The notes: a model not told the origin generated them from the letters alone. DNA of 64,000 bases from Desulfosudaceae bacterium (GCA_963674745.2 CAXXDV010000001.1:2144001-2208000), one strand, 5' to 3'; positions 10,376 to 24,034 are shown, counted from the stretch's first letter. Made by a program: numbers and translations.

Positions 10376-11551
10376 ATGACATTTTCATATGTTGAAAAAG
10401 AAAGAACGGCAAAAATAAAAGTGATCGGTGTTGGCGGCGCCGGAGGTAACGCCGTTAACAATATGATCCAATCCAATCTGCAGGGTGTTGAGTTTATTGT
10501 CGCCAATACAGATGGCCAGGTTCTCGAATCATCAGACGCTGCGATCAAAATACAGATTGGGGAAACCATCACGGAAGGCCTTGGTGCCGGCGCCAATCCC
10601 GAAGTCGGACGGCAGGCGGCCATGGAAAGTTATGACGCCCTGCGGGATGCTTTAAACGGCGCGCACATGGCATTCATAACCGCGGGTTGCGGCGGGGGAA
10701 CAGGCACCGGGGCGTCACCGGTCATCGCCGAAATCTGCAAGGAACTGGGTATTCTGACAGTGGCGGTCGTGACCAAACCTTTTTCATTTGAAGGTAAAAA
10801 AAGGGCACAGCAGGCCGAAGCCGGGGTGGCGGCCTTAAAAGGTATCGCCGACACGGTGATTACCATCCGTAACGACCGTTTACGCGCACTGGCCTCCAAA
10901 AAAGATAAAATGACCGACATGTTCAAAAAAGCCGATGAAGTATTACATCATTCCGTCCGGGGGATATCCGACCTGATAATGGTTCCCGGGCTGATCAATC
11001 TTGATTTCGCCGATGTCAAAACCATCATGTCAAAAGCCGGAATGGCACTGATGGGGATCGGCGTGGGCAGCGGTGAAAACCGGGCCATCGAAGCGGCGGA
11101 AAAGTCCATCTCCCATCCGCTTCTGGAGGATTGTTCCATTGCCGGCGCCAAGGGCGTTTTATTGAATATTACCGGCTCCAGCGAAATCGGTTTTCAGGAA
11201 GTTGAAGAGGCCTCCGATCGCATTCACGAAGAAGTCGGAGATGACACGGAAATTATCTGGGGGGCGACCATTGATGACACCCTGGGGGATGAAATTAGAA
11301 TAACCGTCATCGCCACGGGAATCGGCAGCGCAACGGATTCGATCGTTGATATCAAACGAGGCCGGGTCAGAGATGTGACCGCGGCGGATCTGGACAACTG
11401 GTCTGTGGCCAAACTCGACCAGCCGACTTTTATCCGCAAGCAGACCAGCGCAGGTGAAGGTTCGGGCGCCGCCTATCGGGGATACAAAGGAGAGGTGCTT
11501 GCCAATGATGATCTGGATGTGCCGACATTCTTAAGAAATCAGGCGGACTAA
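10376..11551 (+). CDS. ftsZ: Cell division protein FtsZ
   Basis: GVGGAGGNAVN, GGGTGTG, INLDFADV, C-terminal DLDVPTFLR; SD AGGAGG upstream. Confidence 0.99.
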   Translation: MTFSYVEKERTAKIKVIGVGGAGGNAVNNMIQSNLQGVEFIVANTDGQVLESSDAAIKIQIGETITEGLGAGANPEVGRQAAMESYDALRDALNGAHMAFITAGCGGGTGTGASPVIAEICKELGILTVAVVTKPFSFEGKKRAQQAEAGVAALKGIADTVITIRNDRLRALASKKDKMTDMFKKADEVLHHSVRGISDLIMVPGLINLDFADVKTIMSKAGMALMGIGVGSGENRAIEAAEKSISHPLLEDCSIAGAKGVLLNITGSSEIGFQEVEEASDRIHEEVGDDTEIIWGATIDDTLGDEIRITVIATGIGSATDSIVDIKRGRVRDVTAADLDNWSVAKLDQPTFIRKQTSAGEGSGAAYRGYKGEVLANDDLDVPTFLRNQAD

Positions 11552-11565
11552 GCAGTAAGGCAGTG

Positions 11566-11596
11566 CCCGGAACCGGTTTGCGGACAGGGTTCCGGG
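11566..11596 (+). terminator. Hairpin after ftsZ (CCCGGAACC...GGTTCCGGG)
   Basis: 9-bp inverted repeat downstream of ftsZ stop; no clear U-tract. Confidence 0.4.
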
Positions 11597-11756
11597 ATGG
11601 TATCTCTCTGTTTGCCCGCATTCATTGAGCCGTTTTTCAAAAAGGGCATGCAGGCTTCGTCTGTGCAGTTGTTGTCTGCCGTACCGCACCGCCGCAGTCA
11701 TGGCTTGTGCGGCCGGTATCTGCTTTTTGATGTTAGCTGACGGTGATGTTTCTGCT

Positions 11757-12404
11757 TTATTCTGTTTTTAACTCAACTTGTTTACCGTATCTCTTTTCGA
11801 CCCCGCTGATTACCAGATAGACCGTTATCAGGCCGGCAATGGCCACGATAAACATAACCGGGTTCAGATCGGCCACGGAACTGCCCAGGACCACGGCCGG
11901 GATCGCCATCAACGCCTGGCAAGTCCAGTTCATGGTGATGTATACCGGGAAGGAAATTCCGGCCAGGGGCAGCAGGAAATTTTTGACTGCGTAAGGCAGG
12001 ACCGGGATAGACGCGATGATAAACGTAAAACGGATCTGCCGATCGGCCGGTACCTGAGGGATGGCGTAGTTCCCCCGGGCCAATACGGACCGTATGACGC
12101 CGCCGGCGACTTTTGTCAGTCCAAAGGAAACGATCATGTGGATGGGCATGGTCAAGATCATCAGGGCGATTCCCGCCACGGGTCCGAATTTTATGCCCAG
12201 TACGAGCAGGAACGGACTCAATGGAAATCCGAAGATCGGTAAAACGATCATCAGGATGATGAACAGGGACGTCGGGGTGCTTTCATCCACCATGGATATG
12301 ATTTTAACGAGCATGTCATGGCTGACAGCCGTATAACCTAAAAGCCCCAGCCCGATAATCACGACGCCCGCCAGAATGATTTTAAGGGTGTTTGATCGTT
12401 TCAT
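11757..12404 (-). CDS. TVP38/TMEM64 (DedA/VTT) family membrane protein
   Basis: Hydrophobic; LPIFGFPLSPF and IPVLPYAVKNF..LAGISF motifs. Confidence 0.75.
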   Translation of the reverse strand: MKRSNTLKIILAGVVIIGLGLLGYTAVSHDMLVKIISMVDESTPTSLFIILMIVLPIFGFPLSPFLLVLGIKFGPVAGIALMILTMPIHMIVSFGLTKVAGGVIRSVLARGNYAIPQVPADRQIRFTFIIASIPVLPYAVKNFLLPLAGISFPVYITMNWTCQALMAIPAVVLGSSVADLNPVMFIVAIAGLITVYLVISGVEKRYGKQVELKTE

Positions 12405-12798
12405 AATCCCAATGTAAATCAAGTCTCGGCAGTTGCAAAGGATTTTATAGGCAACAATATTGTGCAGACCCTGTTTCTTTAAAAAAAGGGGTCTTGGCCG
12501 TGCCGTATTTTATTGATTTTGACACGGATTACACGGATTTTTTGGATGAAATATTTTTTAAGAAAGGCCCACATAAAACCTTAAAACGCTAAAACATTAA
12601 AACCTTTACCCACAAAACAGCGCCTGTTAACTGCCGGTTTGGTTATGGGCCGGCCCGGTTGGCTCGCTGATCGGGAGATGCCCCCTTTTTTATAAGGCTG
12701 TTATAATTGACAGATTGTCGGGTTTTTACTATAAACGGCTTTATTGCAAACCAATTAAAGATGACGGGAAAAAATCGGAGGAAAGGCACGGGCATACC

Positions 12799-14025
12799 AT
12801 GATTACGATTAATGAACATTATTTGAAACTTCAGGCATCCTATCTGTTCTCGGAAATCGCTTCGCGGGTCCAAACGTTTCAGCAGGCCAATCCGGACAGG
12901 CGGATCATCAGGCTGGGTATCGGAGACGCTACCATGCCGCTTTGCAAGGCCTGCCTGGACGCTTTTCACAAAGCGGTCGACGAGATGGGCGAAGAAACCA
13001 CCTTCCGCGGTTACGGGCCCGAGCAGGGCTATGCCTTTTTGCGGGAAGCAATCGCGGCAAATGATTTCCAGGCCCGGGGTGCCGATATTAATGCGGATGA
13101 GATTTTTATCAGCGACGGCGCAAAATGCGATACCGGAAATTTTCAGGAGATTTTATCCACCGATGCCAGGGTGGCCATTCCCGATCCGGTTTATCCGGTC
13201 TACCTGGATACCAATGTAATGGCCGGCCGCACCGGTTCTTATGCAGACGGGCGCTACGAGGATATCGTTTACCTTGACTGTACGGCAGAGGACAATTTTC
13301 TGCCGGCCATCCCGGACGAGCCGGTTGATTTGATCTATCTTTGCTTTCCGAACAATCCCACCGGGGTGACCATTACCCGTGATGAACTGGCGAAATGGGT
13401 GGACTTTGCCGATCAATCCGGAGCCCTGATATTGTTCGACGCCGCTTACGAGGCATTTATCCGGGACGACAGCATTCCCCATTCGATTTATGAGGTTGAA
13501 GGGGCCAGAAAGGTGGCCGTTGAATTCAGAAGCTTTTCAAAAACAGCCGGATTTACCGGTACCCGCTGCGCCTTTACGGTGGTGCCCAAAGATTGTCGTG
13601 CCTTTGACGCTCAGGGAAGCACCGTCCTTTTGCACGCCCTGTGGAACCGCCGTCATTCCACCAAATTCAACGGGGTCTCCTATCCTGTCCAGCGGGCCGC
13701 TGAAGCCATATACAGTCAAGAAGGGAAACGGCAATGCCGGGAGACCATTGACTATTACATGAAAAATGCCGATCGCATCAGGCAGGCCATGGATGAGACA
13801 GGTTTCTCCTGTGTCGGCGGCCGGCATTCGCCTTATATCTGGGTTGACGGGAAAATGGATTCGTGGACGTTGTTTGATCGCTTACTGACCGAAGCCGGGG
13901 TGGTCTGCACCCCGGGAGCGGGTTTCGGCCGGTGTGGCGGTCAATATATCCGGTTTTCGGCCTTCAACAGCTATGAAAATGTCGATCAGGCCATGAAGGC
14001 GGTCGAATCCGCGATGCGTGTCTGA
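12799..14025 (+). CDS. dapL: LL-diaminopimelate aminotransferase
   Basis: [40 protein letters not shown]. Confidence 0.95.
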   Translation: MITINEHYLKLQASYLFSEIASRVQTFQQANPDRRIIRLGIGDATMPLCKACLDAFHKAVDEMGEETTFRGYGPEQGYAFLREAIAANDFQARGADINADEIFISDGAKCDTGNFQEILSTDARVAIPDPVYPVYLDTNVMAGRTGSYADGRYEDIVYLDCTAEDNFLPAIPDEPVDLIYLCFPNNPTGVTITRDELAKWVDFADQSGALILFDAAYEAFIRDDSIPHSIYEVEGARKVAVEFRSFSKTAGFTGTRCAFTVVPKDCRAFDAQGSTVLLHALWNRRHSTKFNGVSYPVQRAAEAIYSQEGKRQCRETIDYYMKNADRIRQAMDETGFSCVGGRHSPYIWVDGKMDSWTLFDRLLTEAGVVCTPGAGFGRCGGQYIRFSAFNSYENVDQAMKAVESAMRV

Positions 14026-14043
14026 GCATCCGGGTAAGGAGGA

Positions 14044-14871
14044 ATGAAAATGTCTCTATTTGAAGTCGATCAGGACAAGTGTAACAAAGACGGAATTTGC
14101 GCCGCCGAATGCCCTTTAAAGATAATCGATATGAAGGCAACCGGCATGCCGGCGCCGGTCTCCGGAGCGGACACCCTGTGTATTAATTGCGGCCATTGCG
14201 TGGCGGTCTGCCCTGCCGGAGCGCTTTCTCACCGATACCTGAAACCGGAAGATTGTCTGCCGCTCAATAAAGAATGGATGCTTTCGCCGGAACAGGTCGA
14301 ACATTTTCTGCGCTGCCGCCGGTCCATCAGGAATTATAAAAAGCAGCCGGTGGACAGGGCCGTTATTGAGCGGCTGATTCATATCGCCCGCTACGCGCCT
14401 TCAGGTCACAACCGGCAGCCGGTCAAATGGCAGGTGATTTACGAAGCAGATGACGTTCGTCGCCTGAGCGGACTGGTCATCGACTGGATGCGGTTTATGA
14501 TTGACAAACAGCCCGGGATAGCTGCCATGATGCATTTCGACCTGGTCGTGGGTGCCTGGGCATTAGGCGTGGATACGGTCAGCCGGGGCGCCCCCCACCT
14601 GGTGCTGGTCAATGCCGAGGCGGCCGATATTTCCGCCCAGAGCGCCTGCACCATTGCCATGACCTGTTTTGAACTGGCCGTGATGGCTTTCGGGCTGGGG
14701 GCCTGCTGGAACGGGTTTTTCAATGCCGCCGCCATGCAATGGAAGCCGCTCAAAGAGGCCCTGGGGCTTGAAAAGGGGCAGGTCAATTTCGGGGCCATGA
14801 TGCTCGGGTACCCGAAGTTCAAGTATCATCGTATGCCGGAAAGAAACGCGCCGGAGATACGTTGGACGTAG
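14044..14871 (+). CDS. Nitroreductase family protein with N-terminal 4Fe-4S domain
   Basis: CNKDGICAAECP and CINCGHCVAVCP; RRSIR, APSGHNRQP. Confidence 0.88.
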   Translation: MKMSLFEVDQDKCNKDGICAAECPLKIIDMKATGMPAPVSGADTLCINCGHCVAVCPAGALSHRYLKPEDCLPLNKEWMLSPEQVEHFLRCRRSIRNYKKQPVDRAVIERLIHIARYAPSGHNRQPVKWQVIYEADDVRRLSGLVIDWMRFMIDKQPGIAAMMHFDLVVGAWALGVDTVSRGAPHLVLVNAEAADISAQSACTIAMTCFELAVMAFGLGACWNGFFNAAAMQWKPLKEALGLEKGQVNFGAMMLGYPKFKYHRMPERNAPEIRWT

Positions 14872-14920
14872 GTTTGAGGTTTCAGGTATCGGGTTTGGCG
14901 TGCGAGGGGCCGGGGCTCTG

Positions 14921-15093
14921 GTGCTTATGTGTTTATGTGGTTAGGTGTTTAAGTGATTAAGTGGTCGGGGTTTTTGGGCAGGGGTTTTTAATTTTAAGGA
15001 TTGCGGTTCGCTCATTCGTACGAACGATCCCTGTTCGTTATGCCGAAATCACCTAAACACTTAAACACATAATCACTTAACCACTTAACCACC
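14921..15093. repeat. Two inverted tracts of 8-bp-period repeats (CACTTAAN family)
   Basis: GTGCTTAT/GTGTTTAT/GTGGTTAG/GTGTTTAA/GTGATTAA at 14921-14965 and complementary CACCTAAA/CACTTAAA/CACATAAT/CACTTAAC at about 15050-15093, between convergent genes. Confidence 0.85.
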
Positions 15094-15140
15094 TCAAAGC
15101 CCCGATAAGCCTGATCCGCAATGCCGTTGTCGCCTGCACG

Positions 15141-16946
15141 TCAACGCTCGGTCTGCCCCCGCATTTCTTCGATCTTTTCATTGTAAAAGCCGATGACTTC
15201 CTTGCGGCGGATCATTCCCAGCAGTTTGTCCGGGGCGTCTTCTTCCACTACCGGCAGGGCGTCGATGTTCTTGATGGTGAATTTTTTCATCACCTCGTTC
15301 AGGTCTTCGTCCAGCGTCGTCCTTATGATATCGGGTGTGGCAATATCGCTGACCACCACCAGGTTATCCATATCGGCATCAAACAGGATTTTGCGGATAT
15401 CCGTGTTGGAGAAAATGCCGGTCAATCGATCATGTTTGTCGACTACCGGAAAATATTGCTGGTTGGTACTGGTGAAAAACATTTTAAAAGCGGCCAGGCT
15501 CATGGACTCCGGCACGGTTAAAACCGGCTTGATCTGATCTCTCATGTCGCTGACTTTGGTCGTCTGGAGAAGATCGACAAAAAATTCTCCGGCATGGGCC
15601 GGTGAAGCGGCTTTGTTTAAAACCTGTTTCTGGTAAATGGTCCATCTCCAGGAAAGCTGGTAACAGAGGATACAGACCAGAAGCGCCGGCAGGAGCATCT
15701 GGTAGGAATTGGTCATTTCCGCCACAAAAATAATGGTTGAAATAGGGGCATTGGAAACAGCGGTGAAAAACCCGGCCATGCCCAGGACGACCATGGTCCC
15801 CGGAACCTGAATCAGGTTGGGGGCGATATTATGAAAAAACTGGCCGACGGCCCCGCCCAACGCGCCGCCGATAACCACCGACGGGCCGAAAACACCGCCA
15901 CTGCCGCCGGAACTGATCGTAAAAGACGTCGTCAGGATTTTGCCGAAGGCGATTGCCAGCAACAAAAAGATGCTGATTTCATTAAACAGGGCCTGCTGTA
16001 AAACGCCATAGCCGAAGGAGAGCGTCTCCGGAAGATAAAAACCGATGATGCCGGTAACCAGGCCGCCGATGGCCGGTTTAAAGTGGTGGGGGATATTGAT
16101 TTTCTGAAAAATACTGCCCACACCGTAAAAACATTTGACGTACAGAAAGCTGACACCGGATAGAATGACCGCCAGAATAATATAGGGGCCCAGTTCGGCC
16201 GGGTTGGTAAAATGATAAGCCGGAGAGGAAAAAAGGGCTCCCCAGCCGAAGACCAGGCAGAACAGGCAGTAGGCGACAACCGAAGCGACGCCGGATGGGA
16301 TCAGCACTTCCCCTTCAAAGTCGGGCCCCCGGTATAATACTTCCGAGGCGAAAAGGGCCCCTGCCAGGGGGGCCCGGAAAATACTGCCGACACCGGCACC
16401 GATACCGGCGGCCAGCATGATACGTCGCTGACGGTCCGAAAGTTTCAGCCGGGTCGCCAGAAAGGAGCCGAAACCGGCTCCGATCTGGGCAATGGGGCCT
16501 TCCCGGCCGCCGGAGCCGCCGGTGGTCAGGGTAATAACAGAGGCGATGGTTTTGACAACCGGTACTCGTTTTCTGATCAAACCGCCTTTATTGTGATAAG
16601 CATCGATGGCGGCGTCGGTTCCGTGGCCTTCGGCTTCAGGTGCGAAGGTGTAAACCACCCAGCCGCTGACGATTCCCCCCAGAGCCGGCAGAAAGAGCAG
16701 CACCCAGCGGTTGAAGGCGGTGGCCGTTTCCGCGAACAGACGCGGCTCATTGGCCGGTCCGGGGGGGTGGTACCCGGCCAGGCCGTCCATAAAAAAATGC
16801 ATACCAAGTTCGCACAGCAGCTGAAAGATGATGGAACCGGTACCGGCGATGAGGCCGATGATGACGAAATAAACCAGGTTGATGGATTTTGATTTTCTCA
16901 AAGAAAACATTGGTTTATTGAGAAATGAGCGAAACGGAGAAGCCAT
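15141..16946 (-). CDS. ClC family chloride channel/H+-Cl- antiporter with CBS domains
   Basis: GSGGREGP, GGSGGVFGP, SNAPIS, C-terminal CBS pair. Confidence 0.93.
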   Translation of the reverse strand: MASPFRSFLNKPMFSLRKSKSINLVYFVIIGLIAGTGSIIFQLLCELGMHFFMDGLAGYHPPGPANEPRLFAETATAFNRWVLLFLPALGGIVSGWVVYTFAPEAEGHGTDAAIDAYHNKGGLIRKRVPVVKTIASVITLTTGGSGGREGPIAQIGAGFGSFLATRLKLSDRQRRIMLAAGIGAGVGSIFRAPLAGALFASEVLYRGPDFEGEVLIPSGVASVVAYCLFCLVFGWGALFSSPAYHFTNPAELGPYIILAVILSGVSFLYVKCFYGVGSIFQKINIPHHFKPAIGGLVTGIIGFYLPETLSFGYGVLQQALFNEISIFLLLAIAFGKILTTSFTISSGGSGGVFGPSVVIGGALGGAVGQFFHNIAPNLIQVPGTMVVLGMAGFFTAVSNAPISTIIFVAEMTNSYQMLLPALLVCILCYQLSWRWTIYQKQVLNKAASPAHAGEFFVDLLQTTKVSDMRDQIKPVLTVPESMSLAAFKMFFTSTNQQYFPVVDKHDRLTGIFSNTDIRKILFDADMDNLVVVSDIATPDIIRTTLDEDLNEVMKKFTIKNIDALPVVEEDAPDKLLGMIRRKEVIGFYNEKIEEMRGQTER

Positions 16947-16981
16947 TGAATCGGGTCGCGACCTTTTATCGGTTTATCGGG

Positions 16982-17812
16982 TTAATAATTTCTTTTCAGC
17001 TCCGGTCCGGTCAAAAGCAGGCTGTTGGGGAAAGTGGATTGAACATTCTCAGCCGTACTTCCCAGAAGCATGTCTTTAATCGTTTCGTGTCCGTAAATTC
17101 CCATAACAATCAGGGCGTCATGGGGAATGTCATAAAGATTGTCAACAAAGTCGCCCTGATCATAAACGTGCCAGGTCCTAAGGGTTGAATCAAGACGCTG
17201 ACCCAAATCGTGATCTTCGATAATACGCCGGTAATCATTCTGGCCGTTGCTGTTTTCCAACTGCGTGAACATATCCAGGGGGAAGCCGCTGATTTCGGCG
17301 ATTTTGACCGCCATGCGCAATGCCTTGATGCTGCTTTCGGAACTGCCGAAGAGAACCGCCACACTTTTCCATTTTTTAAAAGATTGAGCCGGAATCAGCA
17401 CGGCAAAAGACGCCTGTTTTAATATGGCCCTGACTTTAGAGCCGATGTGTCCCAGGCCGATTTTGGTGGACAGGTCGCTGATAATACGGGGGCAGGTCAT
17501 AAAGGCGAAATCGGTCGAAAGGTCCGGCAGATTGGAGGCGGTATAAGCTTCCGGTTCCAGAAATTGAGCGGTAAAACCGAAATCATCCAGAATCGCCTCG
17601 GCATGTTCTCTGGCGGTTTCCGTTTGCTTGTAGTAAGAGGCATCCATGTCCACTTCGACGCTCGAATGCTCAAAATAAAACAGAAATTTCTTCATTTTTG
17701 GGATATACACATGAAGGTCAAGTTGCATTTTTCTGGCAAAGTAAATGGAATGGAGAAAGGTTTCCCGACCGAAAGGGGTGTTGCGAAAGATATGCAGATG
17801 GCTGTTTTGCAC
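16982..17812 (-). CDS. Universal stress protein-like
   Basis: C-terminal LIVMGIYGH..LLGSTAENV USP motif; co-oriented upstream of ClC. Confidence 0.75.
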   Translation of the reverse strand: MQNSHLHIFRNTPFGRETFLHSIYFARKMQLDLHVYIPKMKKFLFYFEHSSVEVDMDASYYKQTETAREHAEAILDDFGFTAQFLEPEAYTASNLPDLSTDFAFMTCPRIISDLSTKIGLGHIGSKVRAILKQASFAVLIPAQSFKKWKSVAVLFGSSESSIKALRMAVKIAEISGFPLDMFTQLENSNGQNDYRRIIEDHDLGQRLDSTLRTWHVYDQGDFVDNLYDIPHDALIVMGIYGHETIKDMLLGSTAENVQSTFPNSLLLTGPELKRNY

Positions 17813-18092
17813 GACGCATTCCTTAATAAATCGGTATTTTTTTCTTCCCGGAAGAAGCGGCCGGGTATTTTTGGTGTCAGGTTATTCTTAGCATGATTTT
17901 TGTAAAAATAAAACGGGAAATATGTCCTGCTGCATGGCGCGCGCAAGAATGACGCCGGTTTTCGAAAGTTTTTCCTTGCAAATTCCGGCTGTTTGTTTAA
18001 ATAATAAAAACAAGGGATTCAAAAAAACGGGGCATTCGGGACATTTCTGCTCACGGCGGCAAAAAACAACCGTACCGAGAGGAAACCGGAGA

Positions 18093-18998
18093 ATGCAGGT
18101 AGAAGATTTTAAAAAAGTATTGATTATCGGCGCCGGGACCATGGGGCAGCAGATCGGTTTTTTGTGTGCCATGAAAGGCTTTGATACGATAATATACGAT
18201 CTTTCTCAGGATGTTCTGGATCATTCCCGGACGCGCCTGACGCGTCTGGCGGAAAAGTTTGTCACCCGCCGTCATATCGACGACCGGCAGGCCCGACAGG
18301 CGCTTGACCGCGTTTTTTTCAGTCATGATGCCGCTCAGGCCGCAGACGGTGTTGACTTTGTCAGTGAATCGGTTTACGAGGATGTTGATCTTAAATGCCG
18401 GGTCTTTGAAACGTTTCACCCCTTGTGTCCCCCCGCTGCTGTTTTTACGACCAATTCGTCGTCCCTGATTCCATCCATGATAGCCGATGCCACCGGGCGG
18501 CCGGAAAAATTTGCGGCTTTTCATTTTCATAATACCCTGACCTCTGTGGTGGTGGATATCATGCCCCATCCGGGTACCGCTCCAGAGACCGTAACGCTTA
18601 TCGAGGCATTTGCCCGCCGTCTGGGGCAAAGACCTATTTTAGTGAACAAGGAAAATCATGGTTATGTTTTCAATGCCATGCTGATGAATTTATGTGATAC
18701 CGCACTTTATCTGGCGGCCGGGGGGATCGCGACCATTGAGGATATCGATCGTTCCTGGATGGGCGTCATGAATGCCGGGGTCGGCCCCTTTGGCATTATG
18801 GATTCCATCGGACTGGATACCACTTTGAAGGTCAATGAAGTATGGGCCAGCCAGTTAAATGATCCCCGGGCCATCAGTAACGTGATGTTTTTGAAAAAAT
18901 ATGTCTCTGCGGGAAAATTGGGGACCAAGTCCGGAGAGGGCTTCTACAAGTACCCCGACCCGGCTTTTCAGCGGGCGGATTTTATGTTTCCCGGGTAA
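18093..18998 (+). CDS. 3-hydroxyacyl-CoA dehydrogenase
   Basis: IGAGTMG, ESVYE..LK, TNSSSL, GPFGIMDSIGLD, LGTKSGEGFY. Confidence 0.9.
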   Translation: MQVEDFKKVLIIGAGTMGQQIGFLCAMKGFDTIIYDLSQDVLDHSRTRLTRLAEKFVTRRHIDDRQARQALDRVFFSHDAAQAADGVDFVSESVYEDVDLKCRVFETFHPLCPPAAVFTTNSSSLIPSMIADATGRPEKFAAFHFHNTLTSVVVDIMPHPGTAPETVTLIEAFARRLGQRPILVNKENHGYVFNAMLMNLCDTALYLAAGGIATIEDIDRSWMGVMNAGVGPFGIMDSIGLDTTLKVNEVWASQLNDPRAISNVMFLKKYVSAGKLGTKSGEGFYKYPDPAFQRADFMFPG

Positions 18999-19086
18999 AT
19001 GCGTTGTTTTGCCGGACCTGCCGTGTTTGCCGCCGGCGTCAAACCGGTTCAGCTGATAACGGATAATTATATTAACGGATGATGCG

Positions 19087-21357
19087 ATGATGACAAGACG
19101 AATTGATCGGTTAACGGTTTTCTTTCTGTTTCTGGCCGCTATGGCTGCTTGCTTCTGCTGTCTTTCTCCGGTTCAAGCGGCACCGGTTCCCGTTGTACTT
19201 GATGAAAACACCAGTACGGTTTTTTTCGGTGATCAGGCTGAATATTTTGAGGACACGAGCAGAAAGAGGACGTTATCGGATATGCTGAGCAACGAGATCG
19301 AGTGGACGCAATCCGATAAAAAGGCTTTGAATTTCGGTTTTACTTCCTCGGCCTACTGGTTCCGGTTCACGGTTGTCAATACCCTGCAACAGACAGAGAA
19401 CTGGTATTTCACCATCTCTTATCCTCTCTTGAACCATGTTGAAATCTTTGTGCCGCAATCCGGGGGGTTTTATCCCCCGCCCATAAAAGGCGGTACCGGT
19501 TATCCCTTTTACACCCGTGAAGTTCAGGACAAAGATCTTGTCTTCCTCATGAAACAACCGCCCGGTTCCCGGACGTATCTGGTCCGGATAGAAACGGCCA
19601 CCTCCCTGAATTTTGAGCCGACCTTGAAAACACACGGTGCGTATCTGCATAAGATCAACAAGGTTTATCCCGTGTTCTGGCTTTATTACGGTGCCCTGCT
19701 GATCATGATCATCTATAACCTGGTGCTGTTCATCCTGATCAGGGAAAGAAGTTATATTTACCTGGTGCTGTTCATCATTGCTTATATCCTCTTTCAATTC
19801 ACATTAAACGGTTTTTCCATGCAGTATCTCTGGCCCAATGCCGTCTGGTGGGCCAACAACTGCCTGCCGACGTTCATGTGCCTGGCGATTGTGTTCATCA
19901 CCTTGTTTCTGCGGTCTTTTCTTAATATAAGAGAGCTTTATCCGGGGAGCCTGGCAGACAGGACCTGGAAGTACATTATTCTGTGGCCGACGGCCGCTTC
20001 TTCCATTCTTCTGCTTCCCCTCCCCTACAGATTCAGTATCATTGCCGCCATCATCCTGATCATCATCATGACCATCGTCCTTGTTGTCTCGGGGGCCATG
20101 ACCGTTGGTATAACCCGTAATTCCAGGTTTGTCGCCATCAGCTGCGGTTTTTTGTTTATCGGTGTGCTGGTGTACTGTTTTAAAACATTCGGTTTGCTGC
20201 CGGTAAATCCCTTTACGGAATGGAGCGTTATGGTCGGGTCGGCCATGTTTGTGGCCCTGCTTTCGGTCGGGCTGGCCGACCGGATTACCGCTTTAAAAGA
20301 CGAGCTGTTGTCTTCCAACGCCAATATTTCAGTGATGCTGGAAAGTATTTCCCAGGAAGCGGTGGATATAACCGAAGATATCAAGCGCAGCCGGGAGGAG
20401 GAAATCGGCGAGGTGCTGAATATGCGGTTCAGCACGTTCATGAGCAAGTTCAAGGAACTGGTGGATGAAGTGGTCGACAGTATGGGCGCTTTGAATCAGG
20501 CCTCCGGGCATTTATCCGAGCTGTCGGAAAAAATGACCACGCAGACCGGCGAGATGTCCGCTAATGCGGATTCCGTGGCCCTGGCTTCGGAAGAGATGAG
20601 CCGCCGCATGACCAGCATCGCGGGTACCATGGAACAGACGTCTCAGAATGTTTCCCTGATCGCGTCGTCAATAGAAGAAATGACGTCTACGGTCGATGAA
20701 ATCACCAGCAACACGGAAACCGCCAGAAACATTACGGCAAACGCGGTGGGGCAGGCGGGGAATGTTTCGCAGAAGCTGGATACCTTGAACTCGGCGGCCA
20801 GCAGTATTGGATCCGTGACGGAGGTAATTACCGAGATATCCAAAAAAACGAATCTGCTGGCTTTGAATGCCACCATTGAGGCGGCCAGGGCAGGTGAAGC
20901 AGGTAAGGGCTTCGCGGTCGTGGCCAATGAAATCAAGGATCTGGCCAAGCAGACGGCCAGCGCTACTCAGCAGATCATTAAACAGATTGATGATAATAAG
21001 GATATCACCACCGAAGCGGTTGAAGAAATCGGACGTATTATCACCGTCATCAACAGTGTCGATGAGATCGTCTCCACTATTGCCACATCCATCGAGGAAC
21101 AGTCCACATCCACCAGGGAGATCGCCAGCAATGTATCTCAGATATCCCAGGGCGTTTCCGAGGTCAACAAGAGTGTCGCTCAGTACTCGACGGTGTCGAA
21201 GGATGTTTCGAACAAGGTCGTTTCTTTAAGCGGTCATTCCCAGCAGATGAATGAGGACAGTCAACAGGTCAAGGACCGCGCCGATGAGCTGCGTAAAATG
21301 GCGGCGAATATTACAGCGTTGATGGGCCGGTTCAAGATAAAGGAGACTGGCCCATGA
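19087..21357 (+). CDS. Methyl-accepting chemotaxis protein with 7TMR-DISM sensor
   Basis: Signal peptide, [14 protein letters not shown] (DISMED2-like), about 7 [32 protein letters not shown]. Confidence 0.9.
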   Translation: MMTRRIDRLTVFFLFLAAMAACFCCLSPVQAAPVPVVLDENTSTVFFGDQAEYFEDTSRKRTLSDMLSNEIEWTQSDKKALNFGFTSSAYWFRFTVVNTLQQTENWYFTISYPLLNHVEIFVPQSGGFYPPPIKGGTGYPFYTREVQDKDLVFLMKQPPGSRTYLVRIETATSLNFEPTLKTHGAYLHKINKVYPVFWLYYGALLIMIIYNLVLFILIRERSYIYLVLFIIAYILFQFTLNGFSMQYLWPNAVWWANNCLPTFMCLAIVFITLFLRSFLNIRELYPGSLADRTWKYIILWPTAASSILLLPLPYRFSIIAAIILIIIMTIVLVVSGAMTVGITRNSRFVAISCGFLFIGVLVYCFKTFGLLPVNPFTEWSVMVGSAMFVALLSVGLADRITALKDELLSSNANISVMLESISQEAVDITEDIKRSREEEIGEVLNMRFSTFMSKFKELVDEVVDSMGALNQASGHLSELSEKMTTQTGEMSANADSVALASEEMSRRMTSIAGTMEQTSQNVSLIASSIEEMTSTVDEITSNTETARNITANAVGQAGNVSQKLDTLNSAASSIGSVTEVITEISKKTNLLALNATIEAARAGEAGKGFAVVANEIKDLAKQTASATQQIIKQIDDNKDITTEAVEEIGRIITVINSVDEIVSTIATSIEEQSTSTREIASNVSQISQGVSEVNKSVAQYSTVSKDVSNKVVSLSGHSQQMNEDSQQVKDRADELRKMAANITALMGRFKIKETGP

Positions 21358-21884
21358 CGACATCACTGTCACTGATCGAAACACTCAGACAAAGAAGAAG
21401 TATCAGAAGATATCAGGACCAACCGATCCCTCCGGATGCATTGGAGGTACTAAAAGAAGCGCTGTTGCGATCTCCGTCATCCCGGGAGATCCGGCCCTGG
21501 TCATTTGTTCTGGTCGAGGATAAGGATCTGCTGGACAAGTTGTCGAAGGCCAAGCCCCATGGCGCGGGTTTTTTAAAAGGCGCCGGTCTGGGAATCGTTG
21601 TCTGCGGAGACAGCACCCGGTCAGATGTCTGGATCGAAGACTGTTCCATTGCCGCCGTGATCGCGCATCTGACCGCCACTTCGCTGGGGCTGGGAAGCTG
21701 CTGGATCCAGATCCGTGAGCGGCATTATGATGACGCCACGACCGCCGAAGCGTACGTCCGGAAGCTGCTTTCCCTGCCGGAACATATCAACGTCCTGGCG
21801 ATTGTTGCCGTGGGTTACGGGGCGGAAGAAAAAGCCGGCGTGCCTTTTGAAGACCTGCCCACCGATAAATTCACCAACGTTTAG
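21354..21884 (+). CDS. Nitroreductase family protein
   Basis: [22 protein letters not shown]. Confidence 0.88.
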   Translation: MTTSLSLIETLRQRRSIRRYQDQPIPPDALEVLKEALLRSPSSREIRPWSFVLVEDKDLLDKLSKAKPHGAGFLKGAGLGIVVCGDSTRSDVWIEDCSIAAVIAHLTATSLGLGSCWIQIRERHYDDATTAEAYVRKLLSLPEHINVLAIVAVGYGAEEKAGVPFEDLPTDKFTNV

Positions 21885-21918
21885 ATTTGTTCAGTCTTTT
21901 ATTGACGAGTGCGCTGGA

Positions 21919-22063
21919 GTAGGGGCACCCCCCTGTGGGTGCCCTCTTGCCGGGCAGGCACGGGGGCCTGCCCCTACATTATTCATGAACATCCTCCACG
22001 ACCCGTAGGGGCACCCCCCTGTGGGTGCCCTCTTGCCCGGCGGCCACAGGGGGCCGCCCCTAC
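21919..22063. repeat. Tandem pair of GTAG-type REP doublets
   Basis: GTAGGGGCACCCCCCTGTGGGTGCCCTCTTGCC...GCCCCTAC at 21919-21977 and 22005-22063. Confidence 0.85.
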
Positions 22064-22073
22064 GACAGGCGGG

Positions 22074-24026
<1,953 letters not shown>

Positions 24027-24034
24027 AAATTCAC

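Noticed and set aside
12521..12548. GACACGGATTACACGGATT short direct repeat
   Set aside because: Only two units with no associated ORF; too little to interpret
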